A DNA stretch of 64,000 nt from Acidobacteriota bacterium. Lineage in GTDB: Bacteria > Acidobacteriota > UBA6911 > RPQK01 > JAJDTT01. Where the stretch lies: contig OZ253580.1 of NCBI GenBank assembly GCA_965263035.1, positions 3,456,001-3,520,000 of the forward strand. The letters run 5' to 3'. Below, piece after piece: positions 1 through 8,956 of the stretch (position 1 is its first letter; every line of letters starts with the position of its first letter). The position numbers were made by a program, and so were the translations under genes. The notes below the pieces were generated by a model that made no database searches, was not told the DNA's origin, and was given only the letters and a program-made list of their open reading frames with translations.

Positions 1-2
1 AG

Positions 3-2336
3 CGGCCGCAAGCGGAGATCCAGAGCTATCGACGCCATGCCAAGGGCAACTCCTTGTTCGCGAATCGAGGTGACGGAACGTTTGAGGAAGTTGGCGCACA
101 AGCGGATGTCGAGTTGGGCCGGTGGGCCTGGAGCAGCGATTTCTTCGACTTCGACAATGACGGCCATGAAGACCTGTACGTCGTGAACGGCTTCATCACC
201 AACGAAGACACGAAGGATCTCTGAAGCTTCCTCTGGCGGCAGGTCGTGTCGCAATCGCCATCGGAAGCCGCAGTTGCTTCCGCCCCGCCTGGAGCGCGCA
301 TCGGCTCCGATTACCGGAACGGATGGGATGCGGTGAACCTGCTGATCCGGCAAGGTGGATCTCTGAGTTCACGCGAGACCAACAATTTCTATATCAACTG
401 CGGCGACGGAACTTTTGCCGACGCCTCGGGCATCACGGGACTGGACTTCCCCGAAGACGGGCGAGCCTTCGCCGTCGGCGATCTCGACCAGGACGGCGAC
501 CTGGATCTCATTCTGAAGAATCGAAATTCGCCGCAGCTCAGGCTGTTGCGGAATCAGGCCGGGAGTGGCTACAACGCGGCCAGTTTCGATCTCAGGGGCA
601 CGCGCAGCAACCGGGACGCGGTGGGAGCGAAAATCACCATCGAGACCGATGCGGGTTCCAGGTCGAAATTCGTCAAGATCGGATCGGGTTTCCTGTCGCA
701 GAGCTCCCGCCGGGTCTGGTTCGGCCTCGGGAACCAACCGGGGATCCGGCGGGTCAAGATCGAATGGCCCAGCGGGGAAGTCCAGACCTTTCGGGATCTT
801 CCGGTAAACCACCGGATTGTGATCGTCGAAGGGGTGGACAGGACGGAAACCATTCCTTTTCGGTCTCCCCAACAGGACGACGACAGGCCGGACGACGCGA
901 GGGAAGCGCCGGTTGGTGATCCTCCCCCGTACAGCGGAACCTGGCTGCTGGAAAAACTTGCCGCCCCCAAGTTCCGGTTGCCGAGCGTGAATGGAAGGCA
1001 TCATGACCTGGCCAGGTACAAGGGCCGCCGGTTGTTGTTGAACTTCTGGGCGACCTGGTGCCCGCCGTGCCGGGAAGAGCTGCGCGACCTGCGATCCCAT
1101 CGGGAGGATCTGGAAGACCTCGGCGCCACGATTCTGGCGATCTCCGTCGATGATCCTTCAGACCACGCGAAGGTACGAGAGTATGCCCGGCAGGAAGAGC
1201 TTCCGTTCCCGATCCTGCTTGCCGACGACGGCGTCATCGCTGCGTATAACCTGGTCAATCGCTTCCTTTTTGAAAAGATACGCGACTTGGCCGTACCCAC
1301 TTCGATGCTTCTGGATCGGGACGGGAACATCATCAAGATCTACCGGGGCAGAGTTCCCGCTCGGCAGATCATTCGGGACCTTCAGGACACCCCTCGATCT
1401 GAAGAAGAGCTGGTCCGGGCGGCCTTTCCGTTTCCCGGTCAAACCTTCGGCATGGAATTCGTGCGAGACTACACTTTGATTGCGGATGCGTTCCGAAGGG
1501 CCGGACTCGACGACCAGGCGGCGGTTTACTACCAGCACCAGCTCCTGGACCAGGGCCACGACACGCCCCAATCGTGGAACAGCCTTGGGCTCCTCTATGA
1601 ACGTGATGGTAGGTTGGACCAGGCTCGTGAGGCCTACGAAAAGGCCCTCCGTCTGAATCCCGACTACGCGGACAGCCACAACAATCTCGGCGCAATTCAC
1701 TTGAGAACGGGGGAGATCGACAAGGCCATAGACAGCTACCGAACCGCCGGCCGACTGGCTCCCTGGTCAGCCGATGTCCAGAACAACCTCGGACATGTGC
1801 TGCTGGAAAAAGGTCTGCGCGCTGAGGCCGTACGTGCGTACCAGCGGGCCCATGAAATCGACGGTCAGGCTCCTCAGCCCCTGGTCAACCTCGGCAACGC
1901 CTATCTTCAGATGAAGCGCTTTCAAGAAGCGATCTCGGCATACGGCAAGGTCTTGCAGATGCGGCCGGATTCCGCGGACGTCCACCACAACTTGGGTTTC
2001 GCATTTTTGGAGTCAGGGCGGCTCGACGACGCTTTGACGTCGTTCGACAGTGCGCTTCGGCTTCGGCCTCAATACGCAAGTGCCTATAACAACAAGGGGA
2101 CGGTCTTCTTGCGAAAGGGCAGGTTTGAAGAGGCGGGACGTGCGTTCAAGGGGGCGATCCAGGTCGACTCCGATTTCAGGCCCGCCTACATCAACCTTTC
2201 CATGACGCACCTTCGAGCAAACGAAATTGAAAAAGCCGTGGACGTGCTCCGCCGGCTGCTCAAGGTGAATCCGGACGATCCGATGGCGCTGGACCTGTTG
2301 GCACAGATCGAGCAAGTGAAGTCGTCGGCGCCGTAG
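3..2336 (+). CDS. FG-GAP/ASPIC-UnbV (CRTAC1-like) + TlpA-like redoxin (CPPC) + TPR fusion protein; 5' partial; in-frame TGA at 222-224 (candidate selenocysteine)
   Basis: Frame 3 from base 3 reads [75 protein letters not shown] and continues in the same frame into the 246..2336 ORF. That ORF has GDLDQDGDLDL, NRDAVGAKI..GSGFLSQSS..FGLG..IEWPSG (UnbV), LLNFWATWCPPC (redoxin) and multiple TPRs. Confidence 0.85.
225..268 (+). promoter_or_regulatory. Candidate bacterial SECIS element
   Basis: Directly after the in-frame TGA. Upper stem GCGGCA(236-241)/TGTCGC(247-252) with apical loop GGTCG starting 17 nt after the TGA; lower stem GCTTCC(226-231)/GGAAGC(263-268). Confidence 0.6.
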
Positions 2337-2389
2337 AAAGGAATCCGGCGGAGCCGGTCAAATCCTGCGGACTCTTCCGATCTCGCGGG

Positions 2390-2776
2390 CTAACGCGATT
2401 CGTCGTGGGTCTCGAACTCGGCCGGCATGGTGATCTCCAGGACCTGCCAGTCGTCGGAGTATTCCAGCACCTCATGTTTGATCCCGGGCGGCTGGTACCA
2501 GACGTCGCCCGCCTCCACGCGAATCTCGCCGATATCTTCGAAGTAGAGCAGCGCCCAGCCCTTGATCAGGTAGACCATCTGGAATTCCAGATCGTGTGAG
2601 TGGTAGCCCATGGGGCCCCCGCACGGTTGCTCGGCCCGAATGACGTGCGCCAGCACCCTGCCTTCGGTGGCATCCTTGATTCCCAGGTCCCGGTAGGCGA
2701 AATAGGGCCGCAGGTCCTTGCCCCACCGGGCATCCTTTGCATGCGCCGCAAATGATTGGGTCCGCTTGTCAGTCAT
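2390..2776 (-). CDS. Cupin domain protein
   Basis: YHSHDLEFQMVYLIKG...GDVWYQPPGIKH cupin motifs; AAGGAG RBS upstream. Confidence 0.85.
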   Translation of the reverse strand: MTDKRTQSFAAHAKDARWGKDLRPYFAYRDLGIKDATEGRVLAHVIRAEQPCGGPMGYHSHDLEFQMVYLIKGWALLYFEDIGEIRVEAGDVWYQPPGIKHEVLEYSDDWQVLEITMPAEFETHDESR

Positions 2777-2910
2777 GGAACAACTCCTTTTTCGGTATCG
2801 TCAGCCGATTCTACGAGGCGCCGATGCTGGCTGCAAGTTCCCAAGTTCTTGAAATACAGTGACTTCTATCGCCTCAGCAGGCTCCATATTCAGGCGCGCT
2901 TTGGGATCCC

Positions 2911-3981
2911 TTACGAGCCCGGGACCACTCGTTCCGCACGGCCGCCGGCCGCCGACCGGTAGGCCGCCTCCAGCAACTCGACGGTGCGGGCGGAGATCTC
3001 TCCCGGCGACCAGTTCTCCCGGCTCCGGCCGAGGATCAGATCGATGAACCGATTGGGCGGACCGTCACAGGCGTAGTCCCCCTCGCCCAACTCGACCTCC
3101 AACTCGAAATTGTCGCCGTCGTCGCGGTGGATGGTCAGGTGCTCATGAAAGAGATCGAGACTCAACTCCCCCTCGCTGCCGTAGATGCGAATGTCCATCT
3201 CGTGCTTGGGTTTGCTGGAAGGCTGGGTGCCGGCGGCGGAAATGGTCGCTATGGAGCCATTGTCGAATTTCGCCACGATCGCGTCGTACATCTCGACCGG
3301 CGCGCCGGCTCCACTCATGTAGGCGAACACTTCACTGCCGCGCAGTCCCGTGAGCCAGAACAGGATCGCCACGCTGTGAGACAACTGGGAGTATCCCTGC
3401 CCGCCGCCGGCGAGATCGGGATCGCTGTAGAAGGCTTCGGGGTCGGGGATTTTTTCCATGGGATAGGGCCATTTCTGTCCCATGTAGAGCGCCCGCAGGG
3501 CCGAGCCCATGTGGCACACGACGTACTCGACTTCGCCGACCGCTCCCTGATCCATCCTTTCTTTGGCGGCGGCGACCATGCGGTTGTAGTGCCAGCCGGT
3601 GGGAATGGAGAGCACCAACCCGTTCGCGTTTGCCGTTTCCACCAGGTCCCAGGCCTCGGCAGCCCGCAGCGTCAAAGGCTTCTCCACCAGGACATGCCGG
3701 CCCGACTCGAGGCTGGCCTTGGATTGCTCGTAGTGAAATCCGTGAGGCGAGGCGATCACCACCGCGTCGATGGGCTGTTCGAGCAGTTCGCGATAGTCGG
3801 AAGTAGCGTAAGGAAATCCGAATTTCTCCACCGCAAGGTCCCGCGATTCCTTCGTGGGCGTGGCGACCCCCGCCAACACCACGTCGTCGCAGGCCTGCAG
3901 CACCGGCATGTGATTCGTCTGGGCCCAGTTTCCCGCGCCGATGAAACCCACTCGGACTTTTTGTCCCGTCTCCAATGTCAT
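2911..3981 (-). CDS. Gfo/Idh/MocA family oxidoreductase
   Basis: VGFIGAGNWA Rossmann motif, HVLVEKP; start taken at MTLETG. Confidence 0.9.
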   Translation of the reverse strand: MTLETGQKVRVGFIGAGNWAQTNHMPVLQACDDVVLAGVATPTKESRDLAVEKFGFPYATSDYRELLEQPIDAVVIASPHGFHYEQSKASLESGRHVLVEKPLTLRAAEAWDLVETANANGLVLSIPTGWHYNRMVAAAKERMDQGAVGEVEYVVCHMGSALRALYMGQKWPYPMEKIPDPEAFYSDPDLAGGGQGYSQLSHSVAILFWLTGLRGSEVFAYMSGAGAPVEMYDAIVAKFDNGSIATISAAGTQPSSKPKHEMDIRIYGSEGELSLDLFHEHLTIHRDDGDNFELEVELGEGDYACDGPPNRFIDLILGRSRENWSPGEISARTVELLEAAYRSAAGGRAERVVPGS

Positions 3982-4050
3982 GGTCTTTTGCCTTTCGGAG
4001 GGGCGATTTCCCAATCGCCCATTCTTCATGCGCCCGTTCCTTATATTTCC

Positions 4051-4115
4051 GTGGGAGGTCGGCGGTTAGAAACCGCCGCTCCGCGGTTCGGCGACTGGAA
4101 GTCGCCGCTCCTCAC
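4051..4115. repeat. REP-like hairpin cluster
   Basis: CGGCGGTT-AGA-AACCGCCG-CTCC and CGGCGACT-GGA-AGTCGCCG-CTCCTCAC; same architecture as the repeats flanking the RAYT gene. Confidence 0.7.
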
Positions 4116-5626
4116 CGGGGCTCATGGCGGAGGACGGCCGGCCGAAGTCCCGGAATATCCTCCTGTGCCGGGAAATAGGGCCCCTTGAGCTCCGTGAACC
4201 GAACATGGCGCAAAACCGCCGGGGTCGGTCCCGGCGTATCCAGCACCAGTGCCTCCTTGAATTTCCCCGCATAGCCGACGCGGTAGTTCATGGGATTCTT
4301 TACCACGATGAACTTGGCGTTTCGAGTGTCCATTCCCATGGACCGATACTGCTCGTCCGCCCAATCGTAGGTCGGGTACGAGCAGATCAGCACTTCGACC
4401 GAGCCGATCCGGAGCCGCACCGAAGGTCCCATGTTGGCGACCTGGCCTCCCCAGATGCCGCCCGAATAGACGAACTTTCCGTCGGTCAGCCGCTCGATCC
4501 GTCCGGTCACCGACAGTGGCCAGCCCCAGCGCGGATCCACTTTGTGACCCAGCGTCAGGTCGATTTCCGTACCGGCTCCTGCCTGATGGCATCTGGCCGC
4601 GGCTTCCGGATCGACGACAGGAACCAGGGCGGGCTGGGGAACGGAGCTCTCCAAGAGGGCTCTCAACGTGGCCACGCTGTCCCCGGCGGCGCCTCCGCCG
4701 ACGGAATCCGCAGTTTCCAGCAGCAGGATGGGTCCTCCCTCCAACTCCAGGCCATGGGCAATCGCCTCGCGCGGAGTCCAAACTTGGGGTTCCAGGTCGA
4801 ATCTGCGCTGCCAGTACATCTCGGCGATCCGCGTGGACAACTCGACGGCCTTCGAGACGTCGCCGTCGGTGATGACCAGGCCGCCTCCCCCCATGCCGGG
4901 AAGATCGAGATAAGGCTGGACCAGAAAAGTGCTCGTGGACAGCACGCCGGGCCGCTGCTCCATGGCCTTGGCGAAACGCATGACGTCGGCGAAGGGAGCC
5001 GAACCTTCCGTAGAGCCCATGAACCCGCCCACGATGACCGGCACCTTGGCCATGGCCATGGCCGGCCGGACCCTCCCGTCGAGGATATCGAGCAACATCC
5101 GGGCTCCCCGGACTCCGGTCGTGTACGTGTCCCGGTGGGGATAGGTCTCCCAGGCGAGCAGTGCGTCGGTGCATTCGACCATCTGCTCGCTGACGTGGGC
5201 GTGCAGATCGAGCGTCCCGACGATGGGGACCTCGGGTCCCACCTCGTTACGCACGGCCTCCACGAGATCCCCTTCCAGGTCGCCGATCTCCTCGACTGCG
5301 GAGCCTCCGTGCAAGGGGAGCAGCACTCCGTCCACCGGCATGGAATCACGCAACCATTGCAGAAGCTCCGTCTTCAGCGTCAGGTAGCAGTCCCGGCTCA
5401 GGATACCCCCGGGAACGGCCGTGGCCACCAGGAGCGGCACAATGTCCGCGCCACGATCCCTCAAACTGGCCAGCATTCCCCCGACGACGCCGTCCGTCGA
5501 CTCCAAAACCTGTTGCCCCCGGCGCAGCTCCGTCCGTTCGAAGCAGGCTAGTTCGGTGAACGAACCGACCAGATGATTGGACTCCGTAAAGATCGTGCCG
5601 ACGGCGATTCGATACGGTTGGCTCAT
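4112..5626 (-). CDS. M81 family metallopeptidase (MlrC-like)
   Basis: RIAVG..TESN, LPLHGG, TLDLHAH, ETYPHRD, DSVGGGAAGD motifs; start taken at MSQPYRI. Confidence 0.85.
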   Translation of the reverse strand: MSQPYRIAVGTIFTESNHLVGSFTELACFERTELRRGQQVLESTDGVVGGMLASLRDRGADIVPLLVATAVPGGILSRDCYLTLKTELLQWLRDSMPVDGVLLPLHGGSAVEEIGDLEGDLVEAVRNEVGPEVPIVGTLDLHAHVSEQMVECTDALLAWETYPHRDTYTTGVRGARMLLDILDGRVRPAMAMAKVPVIVGGFMGSTEGSAPFADVMRFAKAMEQRPGVLSTSTFLVQPYLDLPGMGGGGLVITDGDVSKAVELSTRIAEMYWQRRFDLEPQVWTPREAIAHGLELEGGPILLLETADSVGGGAAGDSVATLRALLESSVPQPALVPVVDPEAAARCHQAGAGTEIDLTLGHKVDPRWGWPLSVTGRIERLTDGKFVYSGGIWGGQVANMGPSVRLRIGSVEVLICSYPTYDWADEQYRSMGMDTRNAKFIVVKNPMNYRVGYAGKFKEALVLDTPGPTPAVLRHVRFTELKGPYFPAQEDIPGLRPAVLRHEPR

Positions 5627-5666
5627 TTCTCGAGATCCGCTCCGGGAGGCGTGAGGTCTGGACGTC

Positions 5667-5692
5667 TGGGAGCGGGGGTTTCCAACCCCCCC
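5667..5692. repeat. REP-like hairpin
   Basis: TGGGAG-CGGGGGTT-TCC-AACCCCC, the reverse-complement form of the RAYT-flanking REP. Confidence 0.6.
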
Positions 5693-5856
5693 GAACAAGT
5701 AAACCAGAAGCAGAGGTCGACTGGAAAGTCCCTCTCCTGCGGGCTCCGAAAATTTTCTCGAGAACGTGCCTGTCCCCTTCCAGCCCGCATTTGAGAGGTA
5801 CATGCTTGATATAGTCAGAATTCAAGGTTATTCCAAAAGTCAGCAAGGAGATTCCC

Positions 5857-6573
5857 GTGACTGTTGTTGTGATCATTTCAGACAATATTGAATGGAACGC
5901 CGTCAGGAGAATGTTTCCCGAAGCTGCCCCCCAAGAATCTCCTTATGGACAATGGTTTGAGACGCATCTTGACATTAATGATGACCGGCAGTCAGTCATA
6001 TTTGTTCACGGTGGATGGGGCAAGATTTCGGCGGCAGCATCAGCGCAATATGCGATTGATCGATGGTCTCCAAATCTGGTGGTGAATCTGGGCACTTGTG
6101 GTGGATTTGAAGGAGAAGTCGAAAAGTATGCAGTGATGCTGGTTGAGCGGACGGTTGTATATGACATTATCGAGCAGATGGTGGATGCCGAGGAAGCGAT
6201 CAGAGACTATACGACGGAGATCGATCTTTCGTGGTTACGTGAGCCATATCCCCATCCTGTGATGAGAACCGTTCTCGTATCGGCAGACCGCGACCTAATG
6301 GCAGAAGAAATTTCAGACCTGAAGTCCAAATACGGTGCAGTGGCAGGAGATTGGGAATCGGGTGCAATTGCCTGGGTAGCAAACCGAAATAGGGTCCGAT
6401 GTCTCATTTTGCGTGGTGTTTCGGATTTGGTGGGTGATGGAGGCGGCGAAGCTTATGCGGGCAATGTGCAGATTTATGTAGAAAATACGGAGCAGATTAT
6501 GAACGATCTGATTCTGCACCTTCCCAAGTGGATCGTATTCGGACGGCAAAAGCCGGACCAGTGCATAAGTTGA
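5857..6573 (+). CDS. MTA/SAH nucleosidase-like (purine phosphorylase superfamily) protein, low GC
   Basis: GGWGKISAA, VVNLGTCGG, DWESGAIAWV, ILRGVSDL motifs; AAGGAG RBS; visibly AT-richer than the flanks. Confidence 0.85.
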   Translation: MTVVVIISDNIEWNAVRRMFPEAAPQESPYGQWFETHLDINDDRQSVIFVHGGWGKISAAASAQYAIDRWSPNLVVNLGTCGGFEGEVEKYAVMLVERTVVYDIIEQMVDAEEAIRDYTTEIDLSWLREPYPHPVMRTVLVSADRDLMAEEISDLKSKYGAVAGDWESGAIAWVANRNRVRCLILRGVSDLVGDGGGEAYAGNVQIYVENTEQIMNDLILHLPKWIVFGRQKPDQCIS

Positions 6574-6586
6574 CAACCGGGTCATA

Positions 6587-6637
6587 ATCGGGTGACGAGG
6601 CACGATTGTAGACGGCCACCTCATCTACCATCCCACC
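6587..6637 (-). pseudogene. Remnant of a LamG-like jellyroll domain
   Basis: Minus strand reads GGMVDEVAVYNRASSPD, resembling the GxxDEVAxYNRALS C-terminal motif of LamG domains, with no intact ORF around it. Confidence 0.45.
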
Positions 6638-6743
6638 AAGCCGGGTATGCTCGAGCCTGACAAGCAGACGATCCGGCGTTGATCCTGAAGTTGACGCCAC
6701 TCCAGACGACTGCGCCCGGTTGCGGTAGAATGGAGGCCTTAAG

Positions 6744-8345
6744 ATGAAGCAGGCGACATCGGCAATTCGTTTCCTGGCCTTCACACTGTCCTTCCTGGCT
6801 TTCCTGTCGCACTCGGTCGCCCAGTCTCAGGAAGAGCAGATCGATCCCTATGCACAGTGGCTGAAGGAGGACGTCTTCTACATCATCACCGACGATGAGA
6901 AGAACGTCTTCCAAAAGCTGACGACGGCCGTCGAGAAAGAGAACTTCATCGAGCAATTCTGGCGGCGAAGAGATTCGGACCGCTCTACGAACGAGAACGA
7001 GTTCAAGGAAGAGCACTATCGGCGCATCGCGTACGCCAACGAGAAGTTCCGGTACGCCGGAATTTCCGGGTGGGTGACGGATCGGGGCCGCGTCTACATC
7101 ATTTTCGGTGAGCCCCAGAGCCGCGAGCGATACTCGTCGGGATCCATGTATTTCCGGCCCCTGACCGAGGGTGGCGGGAGGACTCGAACCTATCCCTACG
7201 AGAGGTGGCATTACAACCACCTGCCGGGAATCGGTCAGGGAATCGATCTGGAATTCGTGGATCGGTCCCAGACCGGCGACTACAAGTTGGCCCTGCGTCC
7301 CGAAGAAAAGGACGCCCTGCTGATGGTGCCGGCAGGCGGTTGGACGTTCTACGAAATGATCGGTGCGGAGACCCGGCCCGGGCGGCTCATCACCAGGGAT
7401 CTGATGCGAACTTCAGGGTTCGACGGGGAAGGACATCACCGCACGTCATCGAATCCCTTTCGGATGCTGGAAACCTATTTTCAGGTCCAGAGGCCTCCCA
7501 CGATCAAGTTCGAGGATCTCCGGTCCGCGGTCCTGACTCGGATCACGTACGATGAGCTTGCCGTGCAGGTGATCGATTCCTACCAGGTGTTGAACGAGAA
7601 GACCTTCCTGGTGCCGGTGACCGTCGTCGTTCCAGGGGCGCAGTTGGCCTACGAGGACCTGGCTGACGGGACGCGCCGCGCCACGGTTGAGCTGTACGGG
7701 TCCATCACCGCATTGGGTGGCCGGATGGTCCACGAGTTCGAGGAATCGATCTACCGGGACCTGACGAGTGAACGGGACCGCGTTGCTCGTGACGTCTATT
7801 TCCAGAAGAAGCTTCCCCTCCCTCCCGGGCTCTACAAACTCAACGTCATCGTCCGCGATCACGAGAGTGGCCGGATGGGAGCGATCCAACGGCGGTTGGG
7901 CCTTCCCATGAAGGTGGCCAGTGAGTTGAATCTCTCTTCTCTGACCTTGGCCGATTACATCGTCCCGGCAAAGGGGGAAACGCTCTCTGCGCCTTTCGTC
8001 ACGCCGCTCGGCTGGAAGGTCTACCCGTCTATGAACGGAGAGTTTCAGCCCGGAGATCCGCTGGGAACCTATTTCGAGATCTACGGTTACGCCGTCGACG
8101 GCAGCACCCAGGCTCCGGATCTGGGTATTCGCACAAGGATCTGGGACCGGAAAGGCAAGGCGATTCTCGACTCTCCGGGACAGAATCAGGTCGTTCCCTT
8201 CTCCGACCGGGTTCTGGTCGCTCAGGTCTTCGACCTCAAGTCGCTGGAACCGGGCGATTATCGGTTGGAGATCAAGGTCGAGGATCGGATCGGCGGCGCG
8301 GCCGCGGCCGGGGAGGCCCTCTTCCAGGTCAAGGCTCCGCAATAG
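6744..8345 (+). CDS. GWxTD domain-containing protein
   Basis: Signal peptide; WLKEDVFYIIT..FIEQFWRRRD..EEHYRRIAYAN..GWVTDRGRVYIIFGEP. Confidence 0.92.
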   Translation: MKQATSAIRFLAFTLSFLAFLSHSVAQSQEEQIDPYAQWLKEDVFYIITDDEKNVFQKLTTAVEKENFIEQFWRRRDSDRSTNENEFKEEHYRRIAYANEKFRYAGISGWVTDRGRVYIIFGEPQSRERYSSGSMYFRPLTEGGGRTRTYPYERWHYNHLPGIGQGIDLEFVDRSQTGDYKLALRPEEKDALLMVPAGGWTFYEMIGAETRPGRLITRDLMRTSGFDGEGHHRTSSNPFRMLETYFQVQRPPTIKFEDLRSAVLTRITYDELAVQVIDSYQVLNEKTFLVPVTVVVPGAQLAYEDLADGTRRATVELYGSITALGGRMVHEFEESIYRDLTSERDRVARDVYFQKKLPLPPGLYKLNVIVRDHESGRMGAIQRRLGLPMKVASELNLSSLTLADYIVPAKGETLSAPFVTPLGWKVYPSMNGEFQPGDPLGTYFEIYGYAVDGSTQAPDLGIRTRIWDRKGKAILDSPGQNQVVPFSDRVLVAQVFDLKSLEPGDYRLEIKVEDRIGGAAAAGEALFQVKAPQ

Positions 8346-8396
8346 TCATCGATTCACCTGGATTTCCGACGGCCAGGCATTGCCGGGGCGTCGGCA

Positions 8397-8708
8397 TCAA
8401 TCCATGTGGAAGACTTCTTCCCAGGGTTCTGCCTGCTGGGCTTGGATGCTGCCAACGAAATAATCTGCCATGTACGTGTTCCAGCGCTTGACGACGTCCT
8501 TCTCCGATAGCTCACGTGCGGTTGCCGCGTAATCCTCGGTTTCGAGGTAGATGATCACAGCATTTCCTCGGACGAAACAACTGTGGTTCCTGATTCCGGC
8601 TCTGGTCCCCGCCTCGATCAACTCAGGCCAGACCTGCTGGTGGGCCTCCTTGTAGCCCTGAACCATGTCCGGTTTCAGTCTCGCGATGTAAACGATACGT
8701 TCCATCAT
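8397..8708 (-). CDS. L-rhamnose mutarotase family protein
   Basis: YKEAHQQVWPEL..GIRNHSCF..W..EEVFHMD. Confidence 0.85.
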   Translation of the reverse strand: MMERIVYIARLKPDMVQGYKEAHQQVWPELIEAGTRAGIRNHSCFVRGNAVIIYLETEDYAATARELSEKDVVKRWNTYMADYFVGSIQAQQAEPWEEVFHMD

Positions 8709-8956
8709 TCCTCATCCAAGTGTGTCGCAACGTTCATGGGCTAGACTTCTTCCGGTCAGTCTATCTCAAGCCGCGCGGCCTGGCCTCGTTTTTGAACGGT
8801 GGGTTCGCCCAGTGCGGTCTGCATGAGGAAGAGGTCGGGAAGACATAAGAAGTAAACTGAAGGGCAGTGCATTTTCGTCATATACTTGCGACGCGGTGAG
8901 AGTTTCCGGCTAACCGGTTTGCGCGTCATCTTCAGGTTCGAAGGGAGAGTCAAGGC

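Noticed and set aside
246-2336. Treating the GTG at 246 as the true gene start
   Set aside because: It falls mid-propeller inside the SECIS-like hairpin, has no signal peptide, and the upstream in-frame sequence encodes the same domain
4124-5551. Long antisense or alternate-frame ORFs (also 16540..17862, 36413..37834, 44929..46224, 49193..50848, 51550..53100 and others)
   Set aside because: Shadow ORFs typical of high-GC DNA; they overlap well-supported genes and show no recognisable motifs
8756-8953. 65-aa intergenic ORF
   Set aside because: No recognisable motif, and it lies in the probable divergent promoter region
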